Counted from the stretch's first letter, positions 45,644 to 55,097 are shown. The stretch is DNA of 64,000 nucleotides from an uncultured Chloroflexia bacterium (GCA_963844265.1 CAWJMZ010000004.1:39942-103941), one strand, 5' to 3'. The notes: generated by a model not told the origin, from the sequence alone. Numbers and translations are program-made.

Positions 45644-47089
45644 GTGACGGTCATCGGAGGCCAGGTCAACCGTGCCCGCGTTGCCGACATGGGTGCGCGC
45701 GAAGAGCGGTCGTACCGGCAGCGCACTCGCCGCAGCGCCGAGCTGTTCGAGCGCGCGCGCCAGTCGCTGCCCTTGGGCGTGGCGAGCTCCTTCCAGGCCT
45801 ACGACCCGTACCCCCTGTTCATGACCGATGCGCGCGGCAGCCGCATCTGGGACGCCGACGGCAACGAGTACATCGACTTCGACATGGCGTTCGGTGTGCT
45901 GGCGGCAGGCCACTCGCACCCGATCCTGGCCGAGGCCCTCCAGCATCGCGTTGCCAACGGCACCTGCTACACGTTTCCCGTCGAGGATGGCGTCGCGCTG
46001 GCCGAGGAGATCAGGGCGCGCTTCGGCGCGGACCTGGTGCGCTTCAGCAACTCGGGCACCGAGGCGACGATGGACGCCATCCGCGTCGCACGTGGCTATA
46101 CCGGCCGCGAGAAGATCATCAAGATGGAGGGTGGCTACCACGGCCACCATGACGACGTGCTCGTCTCCATCCAGCCGCCGCGTGACGCGATGGGCCCGGT
46201 CGAGTCGCCGAACACGGTGCCGGCCAGCGCGGGCATCCCTCGCAGCCGGATCGCCGAGACCGTGATCGCCCCGTTCAACGAGCCGGAGATGCTCGAGGCC
46301 ATCCTGCGTGCGCACCCGGGCGAGATCGCGGCCATCGTGGTCGAGCCGGTGCAGTTCAACATCGGCGTCGTGCCCCCGCGCGACGGATACCTCCAGCGGC
46401 TGCGCGAGCTGGCCGACGAGCATGGGATCGTGCTCATCTTCGACGAGGTCAAGACCGGGGTCGTGCTGGCGTGGGGCGGCGCGTACGAGCACTTCGGCGT
46501 TCGGCCCGACCTGTTCTGCCTGGCCAAGTCGATCGGCGGCGGCATCCCGATCGGAGCATTCGGCGGCAAGCGCGAGGTCATGGCGTCCATCGAGACGCTG
46601 GAGGGGACGCCCGCCTTCCGCGCCGATGCGGAGGGATCCGGCATCGACCGCTCGACCATCCCCGGCGGCGCCACTCGCGTCGCGCACCTCGGGACGTTCA
46701 ACGGAAACCCGCTGTCGATGACCGCGGGGCTGGTCACGCTGACGAAGATCCTCACCAAGGACGCCTACCCCGGCCTGCATGGGCTGGCGGAGCGGCTGAC
46801 GGCGGGGAGCCAGGCCGTCATCGACGATCGCGAGCTGCCAGGCTATGCGATCAACGTCGGGCCGAAGGGGTGCGTGATGTTCACGCCGGAGCGGGTGACG
46901 AACTACCGCGACTTCATCGGCCTGGATGCCGACCTGTGGGCCGCGAGCTTCTTCTATCTCGCGAATCGCGGCATCCTGCTTCCGCCGGGGCCCGACGACC
47001 AGTGGACGCTGTCGGTCCAGCACTCGGAAGCCGACATCGACCGCTACGTCGAGGTCTTCCGCGAGTTCGCCACCGAGCTCACCGCCTGA
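45644..47089 (+). CDS. Class III (PLP-dependent) aminotransferase, glutamate-1-semialdehyde aminomutase-like
   Basis: AGGAGG lies 6 nt upstream of the GTG. Motifs: SNSGTEATMDAIRVARGYTGR, IFDEVKTG and CLAKSIGGG (PLP lysine). Confidence 0.9.
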   Translation: MTVIGGQVNRARVADMGAREERSYRQRTRRSAELFERARQSLPLGVASSFQAYDPYPLFMTDARGSRIWDADGNEYIDFDMAFGVLAAGHSHPILAEALQHRVANGTCYTFPVEDGVALAEEIRARFGADLVRFSNSGTEATMDAIRVARGYTGREKIIKMEGGYHGHHDDVLVSIQPPRDAMGPVESPNTVPASAGIPRSRIAETVIAPFNEPEMLEAILRAHPGEIAAIVVEPVQFNIGVVPPRDGYLQRLRELADEHGIVLIFDEVKTGVVLAWGGAYEHFGVRPDLFCLAKSIGGGIPIGAFGGKREVMASIETLEGTPAFRADAEGSGIDRSTIPGGATRVAHLGTFNGNPLSMTAGLVTLTKILTKDAYPGLHGLAERLTAGSQAVIDDRELPGYAINVGPKGCVMFTPERVTNYRDFIGLDADLWAASFFYLANRGILLPPGPDDQWTLSVQHSEADIDRYVEVFREFATELTA

Positions 47090-47147
47090 GCTGGTCCGCT
47101 GCCTGCTGTGCAAGCAAGCGGTGGATGAGGAGGGCAGGAGGTAGGAC

Positions 47148-48017
47148 ATGATCGAACGGATGGCTCGGCCGTTTCGCGGCCTGTCGAATGGCATCGCGTC
47201 GTGGGTCGACGCCGTCTATCGGGTGCTCGGCCGCCCGGGCAAGCTGCTGCAGGACTTCCTGAACGGCTCGTGGCTCGGCCACTCGCTGCACGCCGTGCTG
47301 GTCGACGTGGTCATCGGGGCGGCGACCGCAGCGCTGCTGCTCGACCTGCTGCGCGTCTTCTTCGGCATCGACGGGCTCGAGGTGGCAACCACGTGGGTCG
47401 TCGGCCTGGTCGCCCTCTCTGCCCTCGGCTCGATCGCCACTGGCCTGACCGACTACAAGGACACGTCGCCCAGCAGCAGCGAGCGCGACGTCGCCGGCCT
47501 GCATGGGCTGACGAATATCGTCGCCACCGTGTTCTTCGCCGTGTCGTTCTTCCAGCGCCTGGGTGACGGGCACGACGCCGCGTTCTGGGTGTTCCTCATC
47601 GGCTATCTCGTCGTCAGCGTGGGCGGCTTCATCGGCGGTCACGTGGTCTTCAAGTACGGCTACATGGTCAACCACAACGCCTTCAGCCGCGGCAAGCGGG
47701 CCAAGGAGTTCACACCAGTGATGCCGATCGCCGAGCTGCCCGAGGACGCGCCGACGAAGGCCAGCTTCGGCACGACCGCGGTGGTGCTCGTCCGTCGGGG
47801 TGAGGTGGTGCACGCGCTGAAGGACACGTGCTCGCACGCGGGCGGCCCGCTCTCCGGCGGGACGCTGCACGGCGACACCATCACCTGCCCGTGGCATGCA
47901 TCGGTCTTTCGCCTCACCGATGGATCGGTCGTGCACGGCCCTGCCAGCTCGCGCCAGGTCTCGTACCGAGCCCGCATCAACGGCGACCAGGTGGAGCTCC
48001 AGGGCCCGCACGACTGA
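47148..48017 (+). CDS. Membrane-anchored Rieske [2Fe-2S] protein (DUF2231-like N-terminal domain)
   Basis: AGGAGG lies upstream. Four TM helices are followed by the Rieske motifs CSHAGGPL and CPWHASVF. Confidence 0.85.
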   Translation: MIERMARPFRGLSNGIASWVDAVYRVLGRPGKLLQDFLNGSWLGHSLHAVLVDVVIGAATAALLLDLLRVFFGIDGLEVATTWVVGLVALSALGSIATGLTDYKDTSPSSSERDVAGLHGLTNIVATVFFAVSFFQRLGDGHDAAFWVFLIGYLVVSVGGFIGGHVVFKYGYMVNHNAFSRGKRAKEFTPVMPIAELPEDAPTKASFGTTAVVLVRRGEVVHALKDTCSHAGGPLSGGTLHGDTITCPWHASVFRLTDGSVVHGPASSRQVSYRARINGDQVELQGPHD

Positions 48018-48320
48018 CGGCCATCTGAGAGGGGACCAACCCGGCGCCCTTTCCTATCAGACGGTCATCCGGAGAACCTTCGCGGCGGAACTTCCGTCGC
48101 CGCCGCCCGAGACCCAGCGTGGAGCCGCGCGATGACCCTCGCAGGTGAGCACGGACCGATACCGCTGCGAGGAAACCGCAAGCGAAACCAGCATTAACGT
48201 TCCACCCGTGTGCGGTTGATCGAGTCGAAGGCCCACCATCGGCCAGAAAGGCGGTCCCGGGCGAATCCGGTAGACTCGGAGGCCCGAGCACGTCCACGGA
48301 CCTGGCCACGAGGAGCCCGC

Positions 48321-49487
48321 GTGACCTACCTTCCCACGGCCGATCACGACGAGCTGCGCGCCGTGGTGCGCGAGCTCGCCGAGGAGCGGATCGCGCCTCG
48401 CGCGGCCGAGATCGACCAGTCGGCGGAGTTTCCGTGGGACCTCAAGGAGCTGCTGGCGCAGCAGGACCTGCTCGGCACCTGCTTCGAGGAGCGCCACGGC
48501 GGTACCGCCCTCGACACGATCGCCCAGAGCATCCTGGTCGAGGAGATCGCGCGTTCGGATGCCACCACAAGCCTGATTCCCATCGTCCAGAAGCTCGGCG
48601 CGCTGCCCATTCTGCTCGCCGGCACCGATGAGCAGAAGGACCGATACCTGCCGCGGCTCGCGTCGGGGGAGTGGCTGGTGGCCTTCGCGCTCACCGAGGC
48701 CGCGGCCGGCAGCGACGTCGCCTCCAACCGCATGCGTGCCGTCCGGGACGGCGACGACTACCTGCTCACCGGCAGCAAGCGGTTCATCACCCACGGCAGC
48801 GTGGCGAACCTCTTGACGGTCTTCGCCGTGACCGATGCCGAAGTCGGCGGCCGCCGCGGCATGAGTGCCTTCGTCGTCGAGACCGACACGCCCGGCTTCG
48901 CCGCGCCGCGCGTCGAGCACAAGCTCGGCATCCGCGGCTCGCCGACCGCAGAGCTGACCTTCGACGAGGTCCGCGTGCCCGCCACCAACCGCCTGGGCGA
49001 GGAGGGCGAGGGCTTCAAGATCGCGATGTCGACCCTCGACCGCTCGCGGCTGGGGATCGCCGCCCAGGCGGTCGGCATCGCGCAGGGCGCAATCGATGCC
49101 GCGGTGGCGTATGCCGCTGATCGCCGCCAGTTCGGCGAGCGCGTCGTCGACTTCCAGGGCATCCAGTGGATGCTGGCCGACATGGCCAGCCAGACCGAGG
49201 CCGCCCGGCAGCTGACCTACGCGGCGGCGGCGCGCGTCGACGCATCGGCCCCGGACCTGCCGTACTGGACCTCGAGCGCCAAGCTCGTGGCCGGCGACAC
49301 CGCGATGCGCGTCACCACCGACGCCGTGCAGGTGCTGGGCGGATACGGCTATATCACCGAGTACCCCGTCGAGCGCATGATGCGCGATGCGAAGATCACG
49401 CAGCTCTACGAGGGAACCCAGCAGATCCAACGCCTCATCGTCGCGCGCCAGCTCCTCCAGCGGGCAGGCGTGGCGGGTGGAGGCTGA
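48321..49487 (+). CDS. Acyl-CoA dehydrogenase
   Basis: AGGAG lies 5 nt upstream of the GTG, and the product is 388 aa. Motifs: FALTEAAAGSD, GSKRFITHG, QFGERVVDFQGIQW and YEGTQQIQ. Confidence 0.93.
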   Translation: MTYLPTADHDELRAVVRELAEERIAPRAAEIDQSAEFPWDLKELLAQQDLLGTCFEERHGGTALDTIAQSILVEEIARSDATTSLIPIVQKLGALPILLAGTDEQKDRYLPRLASGEWLVAFALTEAAAGSDVASNRMRAVRDGDDYLLTGSKRFITHGSVANLLTVFAVTDAEVGGRRGMSAFVVETDTPGFAAPRVEHKLGIRGSPTAELTFDEVRVPATNRLGEEGEGFKIAMSTLDRSRLGIAAQAVGIAQGAIDAAVAYAADRRQFGERVVDFQGIQWMLADMASQTEAARQLTYAAAARVDASAPDLPYWTSSAKLVAGDTAMRVTTDAVQVLGGYGYITEYPVERMMRDAKITQLYEGTQQIQRLIVARQLLQRAGVAGGG

Positions 49488-49516
49488 GCAGCCAGCAGGA
49501 GCAGAGCACGCGGATC

Positions 49517-50299
49517 GTGAAGATCGTCGTCACCATCAAACAGGTCCCGGCCACCGGCGCGGACAAGCGCTACACCGATGACCTGCGCCTCGACCGCTCG
49601 AGCGTCGAGGCCATCATCAATCCGCTCGACGAGTACGCCATCGAGCAGGCCCTGCGCCTGCTCGACGCCGGCGTCGCCGACAGCGTCACCTACCTGTCGA
49701 TGGGCCCCGACCAGGCGGCCGAGGCACTCCGACGCGCCCTCGCCATGGGCGGCGACGACGCGGTGCTGGTCACCGATCCGGCGCTCGCCGGCGCCGACGA
49801 GTGGGCGACCGCTCGCGTCCTGGCGGCGGCGCTCGACAAGCTCGCCCCGGACGTCGCGCTCATGGGCATGGCCTCCGATGACGCCAGGGGCTCGCTGGTG
49901 CCCGGCGCCGTGGCGGCAATGCGGGACGTGCCGCTGCTGTCCTACGGCGCCGAGCTTGCCGTCGCCGATGGCTCGGCCAGGGTCCGCCGCCTGTCGGCGA
50001 CCGGTTTCGACTGGGTCGAGGCGCCGCTGCCGGTGGTCGCCAGCGTGACCGACCAGGTGGGAGAGCCCCGCTACGCCAGCCTCAAGGGCATCATGGCCGC
50101 CAAGCGCAAGCCGATGGAGACCTGGTCGCTCGCCGACCTGGGTCTCTCAGCCGATGACCTGCGCGGCGCGGCGCTGACGCGCGTGACCGATGCGCGCCCG
50201 CCGGAGGCGAAGCCGCCGACCGAGCGGGTCGAGAACCTTCCTCCCGCCGAGGCCGCCGCGAAGATCGCGGACTGGCTGGCCGCACGAAAGCTGATCTGA
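49517..50299 (+). CDS. etfB: Electron transfer flavoprotein, beta subunit
   Basis: Contains KIVVTIKQVP and INPLDEYAIEQALRL. The product is 260 aa. Confidence 0.93.
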   Translation: MKIVVTIKQVPATGADKRYTDDLRLDRSSVEAIINPLDEYAIEQALRLLDAGVADSVTYLSMGPDQAAEALRRALAMGGDDAVLVTDPALAGADEWATARVLAAALDKLAPDVALMGMASDDARGSLVPGAVAAMRDVPLLSYGAELAVADGSARVRRLSATGFDWVEAPLPVVASVTDQVGEPRYASLKGIMAAKRKPMETWSLADLGLSADDLRGAALTRVTDARPPEAKPPTERVENLPPAEAAAKIADWLAARKLI

Positions 50300-50305
50300 G
50301 AACCG

Positions 50306-51286
50306 ATGAGCACCGACATCCTCTTCCTGGCCGAGTTCGCCGGCGGCGCGCCGGCCCGATCCGCCCAGGAGCTCGCGACCGGCGCCGCCGAGCTCGCATC
50401 GCAGGCGGGCGGCGCGGCCGTCGCCCTCGCCTACGGCCCGGGCGCCGCTGCCGGCGCCGCCGGCCTGGGAGTCCACGGGGCGACCCGCGCCATCGTCCTG
50501 GGTGACGAGGACCGTCCGGCGATCACGTACGCGCCCGCCGCCGTGGCGGCAGCGCGGGACGCCGGCCTGGCGCTGCTGGCGCCCGCCACCCCCAATGGCC
50601 GCGACCTCGCCGCCGCCCTCGTCGGCAGCCTCCACCTCCCGGCCTTCGGACCGGTGCGTGCGGCGCGAATCGCCGACGGCGTCCTGGAAACCGAACAGGC
50701 CACGCTGCAGGGGTCGGTGATCACCACGTCGCGACCGGTGGACGGAGCCCCGACGCCGTCCGTCGTGCTGGTGCTGGCCAACACCTTCACGCCGGCGGAG
50801 GGCGGGGCCGGTAGCGCCGAGGTGCGGGACGCGCCGACGGCCGAGGACTCGGCCATGTCGAAATCGACCGTCGCGGAGCGCCACGAGGCTGAGGCCAAGG
50901 TCGTCAATCTGGAAGAAGCCACGGTCATCGTGGCCGGCGGCCGTGGCGTGGGCGGCGAGGAAGGGTTCGGCCCGCTGCGCGACCTCGCGGCCGCCCTGGG
51001 TGGCGCGGTCGGCGCCTCGCGCGCCGCGGCCGACGCCGGATGGATCCCGTACCAGCTCCAGATCGGGCAGACCGGCAAGGTCGTCAAACCCTCGCTGTAC
51101 ATCGGCGCCGGCATCAGCGGCGCCATCCAGCATCGCGTCGGCATGCAGACCGCCGAGCACGTGGTGGCGATCAACCGAGATCCCGACGCGCCCATCGGCG
51201 AGTTCGCCGACCTGTTCGTGGTGGGCGACCTGTTCCAGATCGTGCCCGCCCTCACCGACGAGATTCGTCGACGTCGCGGCGGCTAG
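50306..51286 (+). CDS. etfA: Electron transfer flavoprotein, alpha subunit
   Basis: Contains IVAGGRGVG, LGGAVGASRAAADAGW, QIGQTGKVVKPSLYIGAGISGAIQH and AINRDPDAPI. Confidence 0.95.
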   Translation: MSTDILFLAEFAGGAPARSAQELATGAAELASQAGGAAVALAYGPGAAAGAAGLGVHGATRAIVLGDEDRPAITYAPAAVAAARDAGLALLAPATPNGRDLAAALVGSLHLPAFGPVRAARIADGVLETEQATLQGSVITTSRPVDGAPTPSVVLVLANTFTPAEGGAGSAEVRDAPTAEDSAMSKSTVAERHEAEAKVVNLEEATVIVAGGRGVGGEEGFGPLRDLAAALGGAVGASRAAADAGWIPYQLQIGQTGKVVKPSLYIGAGISGAIQHRVGMQTAEHVVAINRDPDAPIGEFADLFVVGDLFQIVPALTDEIRRRRGG

Positions 51287-51299
51287 GAGTAGGCTACCA

Positions 51300-51833
51300 A
51301 TGATGCGATCGCTGTTCGGTGGCCGCCGAAGGAGTGTCTTCGGCCACGGCCGTGAGCTCGGGGAGTACCGCAACGAGCTGTTCGAACGCACGGCGCGTGT
51401 CGACTCGCGCCTCGCCGATGTTGCCGACGACATCGACGCGCTGCGGCGGCGCGATCTGGAGCCGGACGAGACGGTCACGCGGCTGACCGCGCACGAGGAC
51501 GCCCTCGACGAGGAGTCGACTGCCCTGCGCGAGATGCTGGCCCCCGAGGAGCTGCACGGCCTGCACATGGAGTACGAGGCCAATCTCGAGCGCGCCCTGC
51601 GCGGCATCGTCACGGTCGAGCGCGGCTGCGGGATCACCAAGCTGCCCCATCGGCCACCGGAGGACGAGGAGCCCTACACCTACTACAAGCGGGGCTACCA
51701 GAACGTGACCCATGCCCGGATGCGGATGGGCGAGATCGTCGAGGTCCTTCTGACCTGGGAGCCGGGCAAGCCGGCCGACGCGACCGTGGCCACTCGCCTG
51801 GAGCGCCAGCGCGAGCAGTCCCCGGGCTCCTGA
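51300..51833 (+). CDS. Hypothetical protein (177 aa), no family recognised
   Basis: AGGAG lies 10 nt upstream and GC3 is high. The N-terminal half is charged and helical. The C-terminus contains GCGITKLPHRPPEDEEPYTYYKRGYQNVTHARMRMGEIV. Confidence 0.6.
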   Translation: MMRSLFGGRRRSVFGHGRELGEYRNELFERTARVDSRLADVADDIDALRRRDLEPDETVTRLTAHEDALDEESTALREMLAPEELHGLHMEYEANLERALRGIVTVERGCGITKLPHRPPEDEEPYTYYKRGYQNVTHARMRMGEIVEVLLTWEPGKPADATVATRLERQREQSPGS

Positions 51834-51839
51834 CGCCGC

Positions 51840-52898
51840 TCAGCGGGTGAGGGTCACCTTCCCCAGCCCGACCGGGGCATCCGGATCGACTCCCCGCCGT
51901 CGGGCGGTGGCTTCCACGATCAGCTGACCCGGCAGGATCAGGGTCAGCGGCGAGAGCGCCTCGCTGGCGGGCACCGGCACGGCGAGGGCATCGGTCCGGT
52001 CGCGGACCTCGTCGCCGCCGATCACGATCGGCCGGCCGCCGCGGCGCTCGATGGTCACGACCGAGTCATCCACCTCGCGGCCGAGCGGGCCGTCCGGCCG
52101 GATGGCGAGCGCTGGGATGTCCGCCCCGGCGAGGATGACCGGGCCGTGGGCGAAGTCCGCGGTCGAGTACGCCTCCGCGAACAGTCCGCACGTCTCCTTC
52201 AGCTTCAGTGCCAGCTCCAGCGTGGTGGCGAGGTTGAAGCCCCGAGACACGACGAGCGCGCGATCCGACCCGGCGAGCAGGTCGATCGCCGCCGCTCCCG
52301 GCCCCTCGAGCCAGCGCTCGGTGGCCGCCTCCGCGCCGCGCAGCACGTCCGGCACGGCGGCGAGGGCGGCGTGAAGCCCGGTGTCCGGCCGCAGGGCTGC
52401 GACCAGCGCCACCACCACGGCCAGCTCGCCGACATAGGTCTTGGTGGCCGGAACCGCCAGCTCACGCCCGGCGTGACAGCGAAGGACGGAGCCAGCCGCC
52501 GCGGCGAGCGGGGAGCCGTCCTCGTTCGTGATCGCGATGGTGATGGCACCTCCGGCGCGTGCCGCCTCGGTCACGGCCACGATGTCCGGGCTGCGACCCG
52601 ACTGCGAGATGGCCAGCAGCAGGCCGTCCCGCCAGTCCAGGGTGGCGCCGTAGTGGGTCGTCACCGACGGCTTGGCGAGCCCGGTCGGCAGCCCCAGCTG
52701 CGTCTCGATGAGGTATTGGGCATACACCGCCGCGTGGTCGGAGGTGCCGCGCGCAGCGATCGTCACCCAGCGCGGCGCGGCGCGGCGAATGGTGCTCGCC
52801 ACCGCCTCGACCTCGTCCGCACCGGCCAGGATCCGCTCGACGGTTGCCGGGATCTGCCCGATCTCGCGGCGCATCCGCGTCACCGGGGCCGGGGTCAC
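51840..52898 (-). CDS. Double-SIS-domain sugar-phosphate isomerase/deaminase (GlmS isomerase-domain-like; AgaS/GlmD/NagB-II type)
   Basis: Contains ARGTSDHAAVYAQYL and ISQSGRSPDIV, with a second SIS repeat. There is no glutaminase domain. On the minus strand its start overlaps the upstream GH4 stop by GTGA. Confidence 0.88.
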   Translation of the reverse strand: MTPAPVTRMRREIGQIPATVERILAGADEVEAVASTIRRAAPRWVTIAARGTSDHAAVYAQYLIETQLGLPTGLAKPSVTTHYGATLDWRDGLLLAISQSGRSPDIVAVTEAARAGGAITIAITNEDGSPLAAAAGSVLRCHAGRELAVPATKTYVGELAVVVALVAALRPDTGLHAALAAVPDVLRGAEAATERWLEGPGAAAIDLLAGSDRALVVSRGFNLATTLELALKLKETCGLFAEAYSTADFAHGPVILAGADIPALAIRPDGPLGREVDDSVVTIERRGGRPIVIGGDEVRDRTDALAVPVPASEALSPLTLILPGQLIVEATARRRGVDPDAPVGLGKVTLTR

Positions 52899-54166
52899 GT
52901 CGCGGCGTCCCGCACGGCGAGGTAGGGACGGTTGGCCTCGAGCAACGCGTCCAGCAGGGGATCGACATCGCCGATGCGGTCGCCGACCAACGGGTGCGCT
53001 GCCAGCGCGGCTCGCACGTCATCGCGCTCGCCGGACAGCGCCGCGCGGATGGCGAGTCGCTCGAAGGCCTTCACCCGGCGCACCAGGTCGCGCATCGCCG
53101 GCGCCATCGAGGGCTGGGGGATCGGGTGAGCGCCCACGCGGTCGATCCGTGCCGGAATCTCGACGACGTCGTCGGGATCGAGGTCCGGAAGGGCGTCTCC
53201 GTTGCGCACGTCGACGACCTGGACGTCGCCGGCGCCATCCGTCAGCGAGGCCAGCAGCCGAGCCGCCGCCTCGCTGTACCAGGCACCACCCCGGTCATCG
53301 AGGAGCGCGGGCTTCGTGTCCAGCGCGGGATCGGCGTACATCTCAAGCAGCTCGCGTTCGATGCCCATGACCTCGTCGGCGCGGTGATGGCCGCCGCGCT
53401 GCTCCTCCATCACCCGATCGAAGTTGTAGTAGTAGCGGAGGTAGTACGACGGCACGGCACCCAGCTCGCGCAGGAGCTCCGGTGGGAGCTTCAGCTCGCT
53501 GGCGATGTCCTCGCCGTGGTCGGCGAGGACATCGGGGAGGACGTCGCGGCCGTCCTGCAGCAATGCGGTGATCCAGCTCAGGTGGTTGAGCCCGACGTGC
53601 CGGAGCTCGAGCGTGTCGGGGTCGGCGCCCATGCGACGCGCCAGGCTGCGCTGGAGCGAGATGGCGACGTTGCACAGCCCGATGGCGCGGTGCCCCTCGT
53701 CGATCAGCGCCTGGGTGACGATCCCGACCGGATTGGTGAAGTCCACGATCCACGCATCGTCGGCGGCGCGCTGACGGGCCTTCTCCGCCAGCTCGAGCAC
53801 GAGCGGGACGGTGCGCAGTGCCTTGGCCAGGCCACCGGCGCCGGTGGTCTCCTGGCCGATGGTGCCGAAGCGGAGGGGGAGCGTCTCGTCGATCAGGCGC
53901 GCCTGCTGCCCGCCGACGCGCAGCTGGAGGAGGATGAAGCGGGCGCCATCGATCGAAGCATCGGCATCCGAGCTCAGCTCGAGGCGCCCGTCCCAGCCGA
54001 GCCGACGGAGCATGCGGCCGGCAAGTCCACCAACCACCTCGAGGCGGCCGGCGTCGATGTCATGCAGGACGAGGTGGTCGATCGGCAGTCGATCCCGACG
54101 GGCGGCGAGGCCCTCGATGAGCTCCGGGGTGTACGTGCTCCCGGCGCCGATGACCGCGATCTTCAT
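52895..54166 (-). CDS. Family 4 glycoside hydrolase, 6-phospho-beta-glucosidase type
   Basis: MKIAVIGAGSTYTPELIEG is the NAD-binding N-terminus. Also present are FTNPVGIVT and GLCNV (catalytic/metal cysteine region). Confidence 0.93.
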   Translation of the reverse strand: MKIAVIGAGSTYTPELIEGLAARRDRLPIDHLVLHDIDAGRLEVVGGLAGRMLRRLGWDGRLELSSDADASIDGARFILLQLRVGGQQARLIDETLPLRFGTIGQETTGAGGLAKALRTVPLVLELAEKARQRAADDAWIVDFTNPVGIVTQALIDEGHRAIGLCNVAISLQRSLARRMGADPDTLELRHVGLNHLSWITALLQDGRDVLPDVLADHGEDIASELKLPPELLRELGAVPSYYLRYYYNFDRVMEEQRGGHHRADEVMGIERELLEMYADPALDTKPALLDDRGGAWYSEAAARLLASLTDGAGDVQVVDVRNGDALPDLDPDDVVEIPARIDRVGAHPIPQPSMAPAMRDLVRRVKAFERLAIRAALSGERDDVRAALAAHPLVGDRIGDVDPLLDALLEANRPYLAVRDAAT

Positions 54167-54198
54167 GGCCAGCTGCCCCGCATGACTCTTGACAGATT

Positions 54199-54216
54199 GC
54201 TTATAACGTTATAAGC
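54199..54216. promoter_or_regulatory. Perfect 18-bp palindrome GCTTATAAC|GTTATAAGC between divergent operons (operator candidate)
   Basis: This is an AT-rich island in GC-rich DNA. It is flanked by perfect 8-bp inverted arms CTCTTGAC (54186-54193) and GTCAAGAG (54224-54231), which carry TTGAC -35-like hexamers for both strands. Confidence 0.6.
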
Positions 54217-54257
54217 AGATGCGGTCAAGAGGCCACCGGCCGAGCACGAGGGCACAG

Positions 54258-55097
54258 ATGGCGCGGTTCCAACTCGAGCGAGGACCGATCCCGTTGCACC
54301 ACCAGGTCTTCCGTGACCTGAAGGCGGCGCTCGATAGCAACGAGTGGCGACCCGGTGACCGCATGCCGACCGAGCGCGAGCTTGCCGAGCGCTACGGCTG
54401 CAGCCTCATCACCATCCGCCACGCTCTCGGGGAGCTCGTGCGGGAAGGCCGCATCGAGCGCACGCGAGGGCGCGGCACGTTCGTGCTCCCATCGCGGATC
54501 GAGCGGAACATCGGCGGCACCATGAGCTTCGCCGAGGAGATGCGACGGCGGGGCCTGGACCCCGCCACCCGCGTCATCACCGCCCGCATCGAGCCGGCCG
54601 GCGAGGCCGTGGCCGCGCATCTCGGCATCGTGCAGGACGCCCCGGTCGTCCATCTGGAACGCGTTCGACTCGGCAGCGGCGAGCCGCTGCTGCTCGAGCA
54701 GGCGCGGCTGCCCGCGGAGCGGTTCCCGGGCCTGCTGGCCTTCGACTTCGAACGACGATCGTTGTACGACATCCTGGCCGATCGTTACAGCACCCCCATC
54801 GTCCGCGCTCGCGAGTCGGTCGAGCCGGTGACGCTCCGGCGCCGCGAGGCGGAGCTGCTGGGGGTGCCGAACCGCTCGTTGGCCCTGCAGGTCGACGGCA
54901 TCGCCTACGCGGCGAGCGGTGAGGCCGTGGAAACGGCGCGGAGCTTCGTGCGGGGCGACCGCACGAGGTATTACCTCGAGCGCGACGTCGTTCGCGCCCA
55001 TTGGCTCAGCGATGTCGACCGCATCCCGGCGGCCGTCGCCGGAATCGGCAGACGGGAGTCAGCCAGCCCGAACCGGGCGGAGGAGGGGAGCGGCTGA
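54258..55097 (+). CDS. GntR-family regulator, HutC subfamily (UTRA effector domain)
   Basis: LPTERELAERYGCSLITIRHALGELVREGRIERTRGRGTFV is the winged HTH, followed by a UTRA-like C-terminus. GAGGG lies 5 nt upstream of the ATG. Confidence 0.9.
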   Translation: MARFQLERGPIPLHHQVFRDLKAALDSNEWRPGDRMPTERELAERYGCSLITIRHALGELVREGRIERTRGRGTFVLPSRIERNIGGTMSFAEEMRRRGLDPATRVITARIEPAGEAVAAHLGIVQDAPVVHLERVRLGSGEPLLLEQARLPAERFPGLLAFDFERRSLYDILADRYSTPIVRARESVEPVTLRRREAELLGVPNRSLALQVDGIAYAASGEAVETARSFVRGDRTRYYLERDVVRAHWLSDVDRIPAAVAGIGRRESASPNRAEEGSG

